Below, in pieces: positions 11,607 to 27,144 of a stretch of 64,000 nt of DNA. A program made the translations under genes and the position numbers. The stretch is from the NCBI GenBank assembly GCA_002245135.1, contig NGBS01001161.1, positions 124,001-188,000 of the forward strand. Reading direction: 5' to 3'. The stretch's first letter is position 1. The number at the start of each line of letters is the position of its first letter. The notes under the pieces are model-generated. The model was not told the DNA's origin. It saw only the letters and a list, made by a program, of their open reading frames with translations, and made no database searches. Source of the stretch: Proteromonas lacertae (taxonomy: Eukaryota).

Positions 11607-14023
11607 ATTATTATTATTATTATAGCAATGACTCAATATATAATCAAGACTCGTCCATCTGTATTGAATAGTAAAGATTCTAATGGAAATACTCCATTAC
11701 ATTTAGCAGCTAGTAGAGATAAAGAATCAATTGTAGTGTTATTATTAGATAGTCATGTTGATCCTGATGTACAGAATGAACAAGGACAGACTGCTTATGA
11801 TTTAGCTATTTCTAATAATGCTAGAAATTGTATTGATATATTAGCACCATTATATAAACAAAGTATATATATATATATAATTATTGTTGTAATTTATTAG
11901 AAGTGAAAAGTAAAATGAATGAACCAATATCCAGTGCTCCAGAAATATCAAGTAGTGGATCATTCAATTTAAATATGAGCACTACATCAAATGGAAGTTT
12001 CATCAATACAGAAGAAGGAGAATGGAAGTATTTCGCTACTATGAAGTACCCAACACCACCATCCTTATTTATGTGTGAAAAGAAAGGTACAGATGAATGG
12101 GATTACTTTAATACATATTATAATGAAGATGGTTATCCATATTTTATTAATGCTACAACCTATGAGTCAACATGGGAAGATCCAAGAGGTGGTGATTGGT
12201 TTTACGCTCCAGCTGATAGTTATGGTGATGAAGAAGTTGAAAACAATAATACATTTAATTCCAATGAGAATTATGGACAATCTGATCCTGTTTTACAACA
12301 GAAAGTATTATCTTTAGAAGAAGAAACAAAAGAATTAAAAGAAAAGATGAATGATATGAAACAAAGATATGAAGAAGCATCTAAAAACGCAGAAGAAAAT
12401 CATATTGCTGAAATTAAAGCTAGAGATGAGACTATTACAAGGTATTATAATGAATTAGAGAAATTAAAGAATCAAGGAATGGATCCAGAAAAAGAAGCTG
12501 CTTATACAAAACAAATTGAAGATTTAAGAAATGATTTAGGAAATGTAAAAAGAGAATCTGCATCTAAGACATTGAAATTACAGAAATTAACCAGAGATTT
12601 TGATACTTTATCAAAGAAATCGAAATCTGAAAGAGATAACTATGAAAAAGAATTCCAAATGGAAAAAATGAAAATTGTGAAAGAATATGAAGCTCGAATT
12701 AATGTATTAGAAAGTGAAGATAGATATTCCAAAGAATTGAATGCTGTTATGAGAAATGCAGATTTAGAAAAGAAAACTGAATTAGAATCATTAGAAAAAC
12801 AGAAGAATCGTGAAATCAAAGCATTACAAGAAGAGAATCAAAAATTAAAAGAATCAATTGAAAATGATAAAGTTAATTTCGGTAAGAGATTAGAAAATGA
12901 AAAGAAATTAGCACTAAATGAACAAGCTCAAGAATATCAACAAAAATTGACAGAAATGGAAGCATTATATGTAAAGGAATATGAATTAAGAAAGAAACTG
13001 CATAATGAAATTATAGAAATGAAAGGCAATATTCGAGTATTATGTAGAGTAAGACCATTCTTAGACTATGAATTAGAGAAAGGCGATGTAAAAGCAACAA
13101 CATCCTATCCACGTGAAGATCAAATTATTGTCAATAAAGCTGGTTATATTTATACATTTGAATATGATGCTGTATTTGATGCTAAAGCTACACAGGATAA
13201 AGTATATGAACAAGTTAGACCATTCGTCACTTCAGTGTTAGATGGATATAATGTTTGTATATTTGCCTATGGTCAAACTGGAAGTGGTAAAACTTATACA
13301 ATGCAAGGTCCAGAAGGTGATCCAGGTGTTAATTTCAAAGCATTAAGTACTTTATTCAAAGAAATAACTAAACGTCAAACTGAAGTAGTATATAAATTAG
13401 AAGTTAGTGTATTAGAAATCTACAATGAACAATTATTTGATTTATTAAAAGGAGAAAAATCAATGACAGAAGCATTAGAATTAAGACAAACCAAAGAAGG
13501 TGTAAATCCTGAGAATTTAACTAAAGCAAATGTTAGCAAATATGCAGATGTGATTGAAGTATTAAGAACCTCTGAGAATAATAGATCCACTGGTTGCCAC
13601 AATATGAACGAACATTCATCAAGATCGCATTTAATATTTACCATCTATATACATGGAGAAAATCAACATTCTAAACAAGTAATCTCTAGTAGATTGAACT
13701 TAATCGATTTAGCTGGTAGTGAAAGAGCTGCAAAGACTGGTGCAACTGGTGAAAGATTAAAAGAAGCTCAATCGATTAACAAATCATTAAGTGCATTAGG
13801 TGAAGTAATGAATAATTTAGGAAGTAAATCTAAACATGTACCTTTTAGAAACTCTAAATTAACACATTTATTGCAAGATAGTTTAGTTGGTCATTCTAAA
13901 GTCCTGATGTTTGTGAATATAAGCCCATCACCATGGAATGTGTCTGAGACTATCTCTTCTTTACAATTTGCATCAAGATGTAGAAGTGTAGAATTAGGTA
14001 AAGCTGTAAAAAATGTGAAGTAG
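10592..14023 (+). CDS. Kinesin-14 (C-terminal motor) with N-terminal ankyrin repeats, WW domain and coiled coil
   Basis: ATG 10592 followed by 25-nt intron; ankyrin repeats (GDYPVHLAA, GRTALHL, GNTPLHLAA); WW (GYPYFINATTYESTWEDP); neck KGNIRVLCRVRP; P-loop GQTGSGKT; SSRSH; DLAGSE. Confidence 0.9.
11574..11625 (+). repeat. (TA)n(TTA)n microsatellite filling an intron
   Basis: GTATATATA...TTATTATTATAG between two ankyrin exons. Confidence 0.8.
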
Positions 14024-14148
14024 TATGAATTTTTATATATCATTAAATACTTATTATTACATAAATTTTACAGATTCTGTTTTCTATTAAAGATTAGTAA
14101 TTAAACATAAACAACAATAAATAATAATAATAACTATTAATAAAGAAA

Positions 14149-14780
<632 letters not shown>

Positions 14781-15429
14781 ATTTATGAAGAAAATTTAAA
14801 TCAAAAAAAAATAATTTTAAAATGAAAATACAGATTTGTATGTGTATTCATGTATTGTTGTATTACATCAATAATATGAATTATAAAACGTTCATACCAT
14901 TATTATAATCCACAAATAATTGTGAATAGAAATAGGGCAACAATATTGAAAATAATAACACTTTAATCAAAACATCATTTTAGTATAAAAATAGATGCTA
15001 TATTAGCTTATTATATATATTATGCTAATATAAACTGCATCTAATAAGCTGAAACAATAAAACACTTTTAATTGTTATAAAATTTGTTGTATAGCTCTTA
15101 ACCACAAAGCATGATATATATACCATAAAATATGTGTGAAGTTATATGTTTTGATTTGTTTTATATAAAATATACTATTGAGATTTATTTACTTAAACTA
15201 CACTACTATTACTTACTACACCTAGTATAAGTAAAAAGATTTAAAGTATTAATAACAGTCAAGTTTTACACCTTGATATCTTGACAATTTCAGTTTTTAT
15301 TATAGCCGTTTCAATCACTTTTTGTTGGATGGTAATAAAATGTCATGATAATGTATAAACTGTTAAAGTAAAGTAAAAAATCATTTCATTTTTTCTTGAT
15401 ACATTTGATCTTAATATTTACTTTTAAGA

Positions 15430-18400
15430 ATGAAATGTATAAATCAAATAATGTTAATCTAACTTAGCTTGTTCTTCTCACTTTTGGTCAGACCTATGGA
15501 TCATGATCAAGAAAAACTGTTTGCTTAAAAAAAGACATCCTATTAGAACTTTTATTGAAGTGGTATATTTCTGAATGTTTTATTTTAGTTTCTTCCAATT
15601 CTTATGGGAATTATTTTGGTTGGTCTTTATCATATTGTTGATACTGAAAAATACAATGATGAGAAGTATTATGTCTTTACTGTAACATTGTAGCTTTGCT
15701 TTAAATGCTCTTGAAATACACCCTTTAGGGCAATTTATTTGCTAATGTCAAATCGCTTGGAAGATATGTTGGTGTTATTGGCAAAGAAAGAGATGTTAAT
15801 CAGTTTATTAGAAGAATGGATGAAATGTATCCAGGTATAACCCTTCTATGTTATTATTTTAACATAGGTTTCAAATTTGATAAAAGTGTTTTGAGTGAAA
15901 GTGAAAGAGAAGAGTTGAGTGAAGGAATTGATTTGTTAGAAGTACCAAAACTGTCTGATATAGCATTAAGATTTTCAACTGAAGCAGAATTCCATAATTA
16001 TGTAAGTGCAAGAGATTATATAGTCGGAAAGACAGTATTATTCGCAATAACGATAAATTCATATCTTTTTTTGTTTTATGATTGATAAAAAAAGGTTGTT
16101 TTTTAACGCTATATAATTTTGAAGATGGGAACTACAATTACCTGATTAGACACAATGATACAGATCCTATACCAAATTATTCAAATGAATTTACGTATAT
16201 CTAACTTTATAAATTATTTTTAACTAGAATTGTCGATGAATGGGACTATATCATGGATTGGGAGCAGATATACAAATTTGTAGAGAATCAATATGATCCA
16301 TTTGACTTCAGTGTTTCAGAGCAGGAAAGATTAAAAGAAGTGGCAAAATTCACATCAATGCAAGGTATATTTGTTTTATAAATGATAGGTTTTCTGACAT
16401 TACAAAATTCAATAGATAAAATGATTATGAATCATCGATCAGCAGTTCAATTGAGTGAGAATGAATTATTAACAGCATCAATGATGAAATCCTATATGTT
16501 GAAGAGAAATTATGTATAATTATTTGTAGCTTTACTTATATATAGAAAGATAAAGTGATTGAAACTTTAAAGAATCTCAATAATACTCATTGTACTGCTT
16601 TAATGAAAGAAATAAGTAAATTTGCCAGAGAATATAACTATGATCCACAAATAACAAAAGTGACTATGTTTCCTCAACAAAAAGCAGTAGTAAACTATTT
16701 CTTCGATGATATGTCAAATTTTGTAGGAACATTTTTTATATTTTTATATATTTTTGCAAGTTCTTGGGAGATTTATGGAATAGTTGGTGAAAAAGAAAAG
16801 AAACTGAAAGAAGGAATGAGTATAATGGGTTTAAATGAATTATCATTATTTTGGTCTTGGATTATAGTTTATTCTATTCAAACAACAATTTCTGGTGGAA
16901 TTACTTCAATAATTATGTATGATGATAGAAACTATTATTATTTTATTTTTATATATAGATCATTCTTGTTAAGTTATTCAAATGGCTTTTATCTGTTTTT
17001 AATAATGACTCTTTATGGAATTGCTTTAGTAACATTCACCTATTTAGTTTCTACATTCTTCAGTAAATCTAAGATAGCAATAATAATATGTGTTTTATTA
17101 ATATTTGTATTTTATGTAATTGAAGTATTCTACAGTATATATTATTATCTTTTTATCTATTTATTCTTTAGCTACTGGTAATGAAGTTCCTAGAAGTACA
17201 AAAATTGGTTTATCTGTCTTATTTCCTGTCGCTTTTGATCTTGGTTTATCAGTTTATTTCAATCTTGAAAAAACAGGAGTTGGATTAACAACAGCTACTC
17301 TAGACAAACCATATCGAAATGTAAGTGTAGATGTTTGTTTGATAATGTTATTCGTTGATTCAATAATATATATAACACTAGCTTGGTATTTTGAAAAGGT
17401 TATTCCAAAAGAATATGGTACTAATTATAAATGGTATTTTTTATTCACAAAGTCATATTGGTGTGGTTCTGATAAAAGCAGTAGAAAAATAGCAGATAGT
17501 AATGATGTAAGAGAAGTAAATGATCCAATAAATGAAGATGAAAATGGAAATAAAAAAGCACATTTTGAAGAATTAGAACCAAGATTAAAAGAATTATATA
17601 ATGAAGGCAAATGTGTAGATGTAAAAGACTTAGTAAAATCGTTTAATACACCTGATGGTAAAAAAGTAGCTGTAAATCATTTGAATATGCAAATGTATGA
17701 AGGCCAAATTTTCGTTTTATTAGGTCATAATGGTGCTGGTAAATCAACAACAATATCGATGTTAAGTGGTTTATTTAGTCCAAGTAGTGGTAATGCTTCA
17801 ATGTATGGATATGATATGAATAATCAAATGAGTGAAATCCGAAAAATAATGGGAATTTGTCCTCAACATGATGTATTATTTGATGAATTAACAGTAAGAG
17901 AACATTTAGTATTATTCGCTCATTTAAAAAGAATAAAAAGTGATGAAATACCAAAGAAAGTTGATGACATAGTTAAAGAGATAGGATTAAAAGAAAAAGT
18001 GGATTATCCATCTAGTAAATTAAGTGGTAGGGACAAAAGAGAAAATTGAGTGTAGGAATTGCATTAGTTGGTAATTCAAAAATCGTATTTTTGGATGAAC
18101 CAACTAGTGGAATGGATCCTTATTCTAGAAGAAGTACTTGGTCAATGTTACAAAGTAATAAAGAAGGAAGAATCATTATATTAACAACTCATTTCATGGA
18201 TGAAGCTGATTTATTAGGTGATCGAATTGGAATAATGAATGAAGGAAAGTTGATATGCTGTGGAAGATCTCATTATTTAAAACAAGAATATGGAATAGGA
18301 TATACATTAACAATAGTAAAGAAAGAATTAATAGAATGTGAAGAATTAAAGAATTTATTGAATGTAATGATATCAGAATCTGAGTTATTAACAGATGTTG

Positions 18401-21400
18401 GTAAAGAAATTTCCTTCAGATTGCCATTCTCTTCAGCCAATCAATTTCCTGATTTATTGAATGAGATAGATAATAACAAAGAAAAATACAATGTAGAAAG
18501 TTATGGAATGTCAGCTACAACAATGGAAGAAGTGTTTTTAAATTCAGCAAAGATGGAAGACAAAGAAAATGCTATTAGATTATCTGAATCAAGGAAATCT
18601 GGAGTATCTAATATCAAATTAAAGAAAGAATATAAGCAATTTAATAGAGCAGAAGTAGCAAAAAAGAATATGTTTTTAACTCATTTCATTGCTTGTTTGA
18701 AAAAGAGAATGTTGTATGTTAAAAGAGATTGGAAAGGTGTATTATTCCAGATAATAATACCAATTCTGATGTTAGTGATTGGATATTATTTTATGACAAT
18801 TGATTATATGGAACAACCTCCAATGTATATTATTATTATTATTATTATATATTTCATTTATTTACAATTGTTAGATATTCAATGGACACTCATAGTTATA
18901 ATAAAAATGTAAAAAATGAAACTGAAAGATACAAAACCATATTTTCATTTGATAATAAAGTTAATCCTGGATCTGTTGAATATTTAAAATATCTTGATAA
19001 AAATGATGTAATACCGTATGAAATTGATGGATCAAAATATTATAATGATAAAATATGTTATAGAGAAAAAGCGCTTGATAGTCTAGCAGATGAAGAGAAA
19101 AAGAATATTTGTGATAGAGTATAGAATTATTGTTTTTATTATATAGTTTAACCAAAATACTCATTTTTCATTACCATTATTTGGATTATATGAATATCTA
19201 TTATCTTCAGTTGATTCTTTTGAATCTACTCGTTATTTAGCTGTAGCAGAAGTTCCTGATATAGAAAGTGGAATAAGTTCATCATATATCTTAGTCAATA
19301 CTTCAAGTGATCATGGAAGTTCAATTGGATTGAATGTAATCAATCAAGCCAAATTAAGGTATTATTCAGGAAATGCAAATGCCATATTAAAAGCATCTGG
19401 TACTGCATTACCAAGAAATTTTCTACAAGAAAGTTCCAAAGAGAACATAAAAGGATTTGGAATTCCAATAACGACTATAATAGGATTTGCTTTTATACCA
19501 GCTTATTTTGTAACGTTTATAGTGAGAGAAAGGGAAATGGGAGTTAAACATCAACAATTAATAAGTGGTGTAAGTTTACCTGCATTTTGGATATCTACCT
19601 TTGTTTGGGATATGATAACTTATATTATTCCTTGTATTGTTGGTGTAATATTAATGTATATTTATGATTTCACTTTATTCAAAGAGCATATTGGAGTAGT
19701 GATAGTTTTATTTATATTATATGGTTTAACAATAGCTCCATCAACTTATTTTGTATCTTATTTCTTTAAAGATCATTCTTCAGCTCAAAATACAGTGTTA
19801 TTTGTGAATATAATAATGATGTTATTAATTGTTCTTGTATTTGTTACTCAGCAAATAAAATCAACTTGTAGATTTGCAGGTGTAGTTGAGTATATTTATA
19901 TATTATATTTATATAGTTGGATTTTTACAATATTCCTCCCTGGTTATACATTTGGTACTGCAATGTATCGAATTGGTATTTGGAATTTCCTAAGTTATTT
20001 TGATAATTTATGTGATATTAATCATAATGTTGCAGTGAATATAATGACATTTAATTTGGACAGTAGTGCTTTTAATTATGATATAATAGGGAAACATGTA
20101 TTGTTTTTAGGATTACAATTCATTGTTTATGGTTTCTTGGCAATTCTTTGTGATTATATTTTGTCTTATCCATTATTAAAGCAAAAAGTATTACCAGATA
20201 AAGATTTACCAAAAAGAGAATACATAGAAGATGATGATGTAAAGAAAGAAGCTGAAAGAATAGAAAAGAGAGAATTACATGAAAGTGGAAAAGAAGAAAC
20301 AATTCAAATTCGTGGATTAAGAAAAGTATGGAATAAAAAGAAAGTTGCAGTAGATAATCTGAATATTGGTTTGATTCCTGGAACTTGTTTTGGATTTTTA
20401 GGTATAAATGGTGCAGGTAAAACCACAACATTAGAGATGTTGAGTGGTGATATAGTTCCAACCAAAGGAACAGCCAAAATCAACAAATTGGATATTCTAA
20501 CTGATCAAATAGAAGTGAGAAGATTATTAGGTTATTGTCCACAATTTGATGCATTATTAGATTTACTAACAGTTAAAAGAACATTTATATTTATATGCAA
20601 AGATCAAAGGTGTTACAAATGATATAATCGATGATGTAGTAAATGAAAAGATTGATCAAATGGATTTAGGTAAATTTGTGAATAAAACAGCTGGATCATT
20701 AAGTGGAGGAAATAAACGAAAGTTGAGTGTAGCAATTGCATTAATAGGAAATCCTCCATTAGTATTCTTAGATGAACCATCAACAGGAATGGATCCAGTA
20801 GCTAGAAGACATATGTGGGATATAATAGCTGATATAACAATCAAGAGATGTGATACCACAATAATCTTAACAACTCATTCAATGGAAGAAGCTGAAGCAT
20901 TATGTACATTGGTTGGAATAATGGTAGGTGGAAGATTGAGATGTTTAGGATCTTTACAACATTTGAAGAATAGATTTGGTCAAGGCTTTATGTTGGAAGT
21001 GAAATTGAATGAAAATAAAGAAGAAGAAATCAATGAGATAGTAGAAAAAATGAAAAGTGTTGGTGGTGATATAATTTTGAAATATGATATTGAAAAGTTA
21101 TGCAGTGAATTAGGAATGGTGGATAGATTTGATTTAATCAATGAAGTGGATAGTGGTTGGTCAGTATTTTGTGAATTGAATAAGCATGGCTCAGTGAGTA
21201 AAAGATTCTTTGCTGATTGGTGGAAGTTAGAAGATAATGTAGATAAATTGTATGACAATTTAAAAGAAATGTTTGAAAAGATCGAATTATTAGAAAGACA
21301 TGATAATTACCTGAGATTTAAGATTGATGTAATTGATATAAAATTAGGTGAGTTATTTGGTTTAATAGAAGGAAAGAAAGAAGAATTATCAATTAAAGAA

Positions 21401-21568
21401 TATAGTTTTGCTCAAACATCCTTAGAGCAAATATTCAATTCATTTGCATCTCAACAGGAGGAAGAAACAGGTGATGTTAGAGGATTGAAAAAACAAGGTA
21501 CTTCTTTGAAAAATAGTTCTAAATTACATAGTACTATTAAGATGAAGAGTGAAATAGAAATGATATAA
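15430..21568 (+). CDS. Full-length ABCA-family transporter (TMD-NBD-TMD-NBD)
   Basis: Walker [10 protein letters not shown] and GINGAGKTT, signature [20 protein letters not shown] and [18 protein letters not shown] and TTHSMEEA; many short introns; apparent frameshifts near 18029 and 20577. Confidence 0.93.
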
Positions 21569-21811
21569 ATCAAAAATTGATATATTATTATTATGAATTT
21601 TATTATATATATTGTTTTTTATGTATTTTTAAAAAATACAAAATTAATACACCAAATACATGTATTAACATTGTTTTTATTTTATTCAACCTTTGTATAG
21701 ATTATAAATTAATGATTATTGTTTTATGTTTTGTGTTTTATGATTCAATAATGCATATTTGAGTCGACAAATTTATTCTAATAGTCATTTGAATTATTCA
21801 CTCTTGAAAGC

Positions 21812-23194
21812 ATGTCTCACATTTTTAAGAATGTATATGATGAAATAGCTGAAGACTTATATGGAAGGAAGCAATATGGTTTTAAAGATGGCTTTGAGTT
21901 TCAACATCAGAAGAAAGATATAGTGTGTGTTGATAGTGAAAATATATCAATATATGTTCAAAATACATGGTGTGTTCCTGCAGTTAGTCTTGATTTAAAA
22001 GGGAGATTTGATAAATTGATAGAAATCATTAGAGAAGAGCAATATGATGTGATTATATTTTTAGAAGTATGGATTCAAAGTTATCGTGAAGAATTAATCA
22101 AAGAATGTGAAAATAATAATTACCATCACTACAGCTTTGGAAGTGGAATAGGAATGCCATTTTGGAAATATATAAATGGAAGTGGAATGATGGTATTTTC
22201 AAAATTAAAAATGGTTGATTGTAAACATCATAAATATTCTGTTAATGGAATTCCACATAAATTACAGCATAGTGATTATTTTGGTGGTAAAGGAGTTGGA
22301 TTGTGTCGGTTAATGACAAGTGATAATAAATCAATTGATTTATATGTAACACATTTACATTCTTGTTATGAAAGTGATCATAAAGACTATTTAGGTGTCA
22401 GAAGTCTTCAAATGTATGAGTTATGTGAGTTTATTAAAGATACTCACAATCCAAATTCTTTATGTTTATTATTAGGAGATTTAAACACCAGTGACGGTCA
22501 ATTACCTTTTGAATTACTGAAAAGCAGTTATAATGATTTAAAAGATAGTTGGTTAGAGTATAGTAAAGATAATAGTATATATAATTATTATCATTTATTA
22601 TCTATAGAAATTGATGATATATCAGGTTTAACATTTGATTGTATTGATAATACCTATAGAGATGTAAAAGAATCTCCTCAAAGATTAGATTACATATTTT
22701 ATATGAATAATCATCACAATAATTGGTTATTGAAAGATTGTAAGATAGAAAAGAAGTATTGTAGAAATGGTAAATCATTGAGTGATCATTTTGGTTTGAG
22801 TGTAGTATTTGAATATGAAAAAAATCATGAAATAGAGAAACAAGGGATAAGTTCAGTAGATGATAGTTTAATTTTAAGTGAAAATGAAAATGAAAGTAAT
22901 GAAGTTGAAGAAAAGAATGTATTGGAAAACGTAAGAGAAGTAATAGAAAATGAAATACAAATCCAAAATGATTATTATAAATCAAATATGAGAAATGGAA
23001 TATTCATTTATTTCATTTCATTGTTATTGGTTGTGTTATGTGGAAATTATTTAAACAAATTTATATTGTTAATTCTTTATTTATCTCCAATATACAGTAT
23101 TTATATGATAGTATATAGTTCATTGATATTAGAGAATGATATTCGACAATATCAAGAAGTAATTAATCAATTGAATTTTAAGCTTGTTGAATAA
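21812..23194 (+). CDS. Neutral sphingomyelinase / inositol phosphosphingolipid phospholipase C (SMPD2/ISC1-like)
   Basis: EEP motifs LEVW, GSGMMVFSK, DYFGGKGVG, THLH, GDLN, RLDYIF, SDHFG plus two C-terminal TM helices; probable in-frame 33-nt intron 22575-22607. Confidence 0.88.
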   Translation: MSHIFKNVYDEIAEDLYGRKQYGFKDGFEFQHQKKDIVCVDSENISIYVQNTWCVPAVSLDLKGRFDKLIEIIREEQYDVIIFLEVWIQSYREELIKECENNNYHHYSFGSGIGMPFWKYINGSGMMVFSKLKMVDCKHHKYSVNGIPHKLQHSDYFGGKGVGLCRLMTSDNKSIDLYVTHLHSCYESDHKDYLGVRSLQMYELCEFIKDTHNPNSLCLLLGDLNTSDGQLPFELLKSSYNDLKDSWLEYSKDNSIYNYYHLLSIEIDDISGLTFDCIDNTYRDVKESPQRLDYIFYMNNHHNNWLLKDCKIEKKYCRNGKSLSDHFGLSVVFEYEKNHEIEKQGISSVDDSLILSENENESNEVEEKNVLENVREVIENEIQIQNDYYKSNMRNGIFIYFISLLLVVLCGNYLNKFILLILYLSPIYSIYMIVYSSLILENDIRQYQEVINQLNFKLVE

Positions 23195-23330
23195 AAGATT
23201 TATAGTAAATTTGTGTATTAAATATGAAATTGTGTTTTTCTTCTTCAAATAAAAAATATAATATTATGTATATTGTATTTATATGTAAAATAATAATTTA
23301 ATAATTATATTAGATAAATCTTCTCTCTCT

Positions 23331-24230
23331 CTATGCATCTCTAACCAAAACATCCATTAAAAAACAACCCAAACAAACTCTATATTTCATTTCAACTCCT
23401 TCTACATTCTCATATATAATTTTACTTCTACAATCTTCACACATCACTTTTCTACATTTGTCACAAACACATTTATTTGTAACAAATCCAAAGTTAATTC
23501 CACAAACTGAACACTGAGATACACTTCTCTGTTGTTCGTTACTTGGATGGCTCCTTGCATTAAATGTATCCATTGTTTTTGATATATATTTCTTTGCAAT
23601 TTTTGTAAGGTCTTTTGTTTCTGGATGTAAATTTCTATTAATAATATTAAAGAACATTTATACTTTTCATATTTGTGTCTTACTTCTTCACCTTGTGATA
23701 TTATACCTTCTATTAATGGTATATCTGTTTTCAAACACTCAATTTCTTTTCTGTTTGCTTCTATTGCAGCTCTTTCATTACTAACCTCAATTAATTCTTG
23801 TTCAAGATCATTTTCATAATCACAAGCTCTGCCTCTTTCTAATTGTTCTTTCCACTTTGTTATTTCTTCTATAATAGCAGTTTCATCTGCATGAACTCTA
23901 TCAACTTCATCTTGGAGATCCATCATTTTCTGAGGATCAATTATTGATGTATATTGCGGCTAACAAAATATATAATATAGCATCGTTTGATACTTTCAAT
24001 ATTTCTAGATCAAATCCTGATAACAAATATTCAGGGTAATTTTCAGTGAAATAATGTTCAGCTTGTTTTAATATAATTTGTAGTCTATATCCAAACTCAT
24101 TATTTTCTTTAGCTGTTCTAATTAAAGGAAGTTTTTTGAATAACTCCACTAACTCTGCTCTATATTGCGGCTTGTTAGTAACTATGGGTGGAGTTTTGTC
24201 AAATAAGGCCTTTCTACGACGTGAAGCCAT
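23331..24230 (-). CDS. Coiled-coil protein with C-terminal FYVE-like zinc finger
   Basis: Introns 23960-23993 and 23635-23663 join three ORFs; CSVC..F..CDKCRKVMCEDC..RVCLGC; lacks the RRHHCR basic patch. Confidence 0.7.
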
Positions 24231-24320
24231 TTTTTATTTTTAAGTTGGATTAATGTAAATTACATTTACTTTACATTGGTTCAAAAATTATCAAACACCA
24301 GAAAATTAAAAAACAAAAAA

Positions 24321-26197
24321 TTAAGGTCTACGAACAATCAAACCATTTTTATTTTGTTGTTCTTTACCATATTTGCACACCAAAAATCTATAATCATTAT
24401 AATGATAACTAAAATATACGATAATCCTAATATTTCACGAGTTTGAAGAGGATGGATTATTCCATCATCCCATAATCTAGCTGTTGCATAATATGGATCA
24501 CTTTGCTCATTGAATGAGTTCATTTTCTCAGCTACATATTTTTGATCATCTTCTATACTCCACTCTAACAATTATTATAAAATTATTATATATACTATTA
24601 CCATACTTCCTTCTTTTAACACCTGCCATAGCATTAGCAGCTTGTTCTGCTCCCATCACAGCAATTCTACTAGAAGGCCAACTGTATAAGAAATTCGGTT
24701 TAAAAGATCTTCCACACATACCGTAATTTCCAGCACCATATGATCCACCAATCAATAATGATATTTTGCTATTTGTTGAAGAAACAAGAGATTTTAAAAC
24801 ATTACTTCCAGCTTTATTAATTCCTTGTTTTTCATATTTCTTACCTACCATAAAACCAGATACATTATGCAAAAATAATAAAGGAACATTATCTTGATTA
24901 CATAAATTAATAAAATGATCAATCTATGGAAATAATGATAGGCAAAAAAATAAAATTATATACTTTATGAGCACTTTCTGTGAAAATAACTCCATTATTT
25001 CCAATAATTCCAACAGTTTGGCCATAAATATTACCCCATCCTGTCACTATTGATGGTCCATACAATGGTTTGAATTCATCAAACTCACTATTGTCAACTA
25101 TACGCGAAATAACTTGTTTAATATCAAATGGTTCTTTTAAATCACTAGATAATAATCCATACACATCTTTCATATCATATTTAGGCTTTTTACAATTTAT
25201 AATTTTCTCCAAATCAACATCATTAACATTTAAATGTTTCATTTGAATTCTAGCTTGAGTAATAGCATCAACTTCATTAATAGCATATTGATCACAAACT
25301 CCACTTTCTTTACAATGAACATCAGCTCCACCTAACTCAGATGGTTCAGTATGTTCGCCAGTAGCAGCTTCTACTAATGCAGATCCAGCTAAAGCAACAT
25401 AACCTCTTGGTTTAGATATTATATTAACATCACACATACCTGGTTGATAAGCACCACCTGCAATAGATGGGCCTAATACAATAGCTATTTGTCTTATTCC
25501 ATAATTGGATAGATAAGCCATATTGTAGAATATTCCACCAAAATCATCAACATCTGGAAATACTTCATCTTGTAAGTCTAAATTTGCACCACCTGAATCT
25601 ACTAAGTAAATACACGGCAATTTATTATCTATGGCTATTTGTTGTGCTCTTAATTCTTTCTTGATTGTGATTGGATAATATGAACCAGCTTTTACTGTTG
25701 GATCATTACATATAATCATTGCTAACTTATTATGGATCTTTCCAATCCCTGTAATAAGACCACCAGAATATACTTTTTTATCATACATATTAAAACCAGC
25801 TAATGGTGAAAATTCAAGGAATGGTGAACCAGGATCTAATAAACAAGCAATTCTTTCTCTTGGAAGTAACTTTTTGCTTCCAATATGTTCCTAATGTAGG
25901 CCTTTTATCTGATTTCTTTAATTTTGTTATATCATTTTTTACTTGACAAACATAATTCATTCTTTTTTCAAACAATTCAATTGTTTCATTCATATACTCT
26001 AAATTATTCTTTAAATATAGTCGACTAATTATACTTTGTATGTTTTTGTTGATTTATTTATTGTATTTGGGATTATAGAATTTTCACTGAAGTGAGAAAT
26101 TGATTTTAGTAGTGTTTTCTATACATATGTTACTTATATTGATACTTGAGCAGCATTTTGTGCTAAAAATGATCTTCTACATGAAGAAAAAAGCATT
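24321..26197 (-). CDS. MCCC2: Methylcrotonyl-CoA carboxylase beta subunit-like carboxyltransferase
   Basis: KLLPRERI, LLDPGSPFLEFSPLAG, NDPTVKAGSYYPIT, YLVDSGGANL, GGSYGAGNYGMCGR, YYATARLWDDGII; Arg/Ser-rich presequence-like start MLFSSCRRSFLA; frame break near 25891. Confidence 0.85.
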
Positions 26198-26287
26198 TTT
26201 ATATTTCAAGCAAAAGCTTGATTGAAAATTCAAAAATCCGTTACTAAACTTTTATCGTTTTTTCATATTTAAATTTTCAACACATAA

Positions 26288-26905
<618 letters not shown>

Positions 26906-27144
26906 ATATAATATTTTGTGATACACATAGCTCTCCTTTTTACTTAATAATAATATATTTTATATGTTTTTTTAGAATTGTGAGAATTGATAAGTTGAAA
27001 AAGCAAAATTATCATCTAATAAATGATTATGAAATTCCTATACTACACATAATCGCTGTATAGAGGTGATAAAATAAAAAATGCAAAATAGAATTTCAAG
27101 CCTAAAACGAACAGTTTGAACCGTTTATTTTCTATTTTGTTGTT

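Noticed and set aside
21577..21762. 61-aa ORF between ABCA and sphingomyelinase
   Set aside because: Low-complexity AT-rich intergenic/UTR sequence without an ATG start
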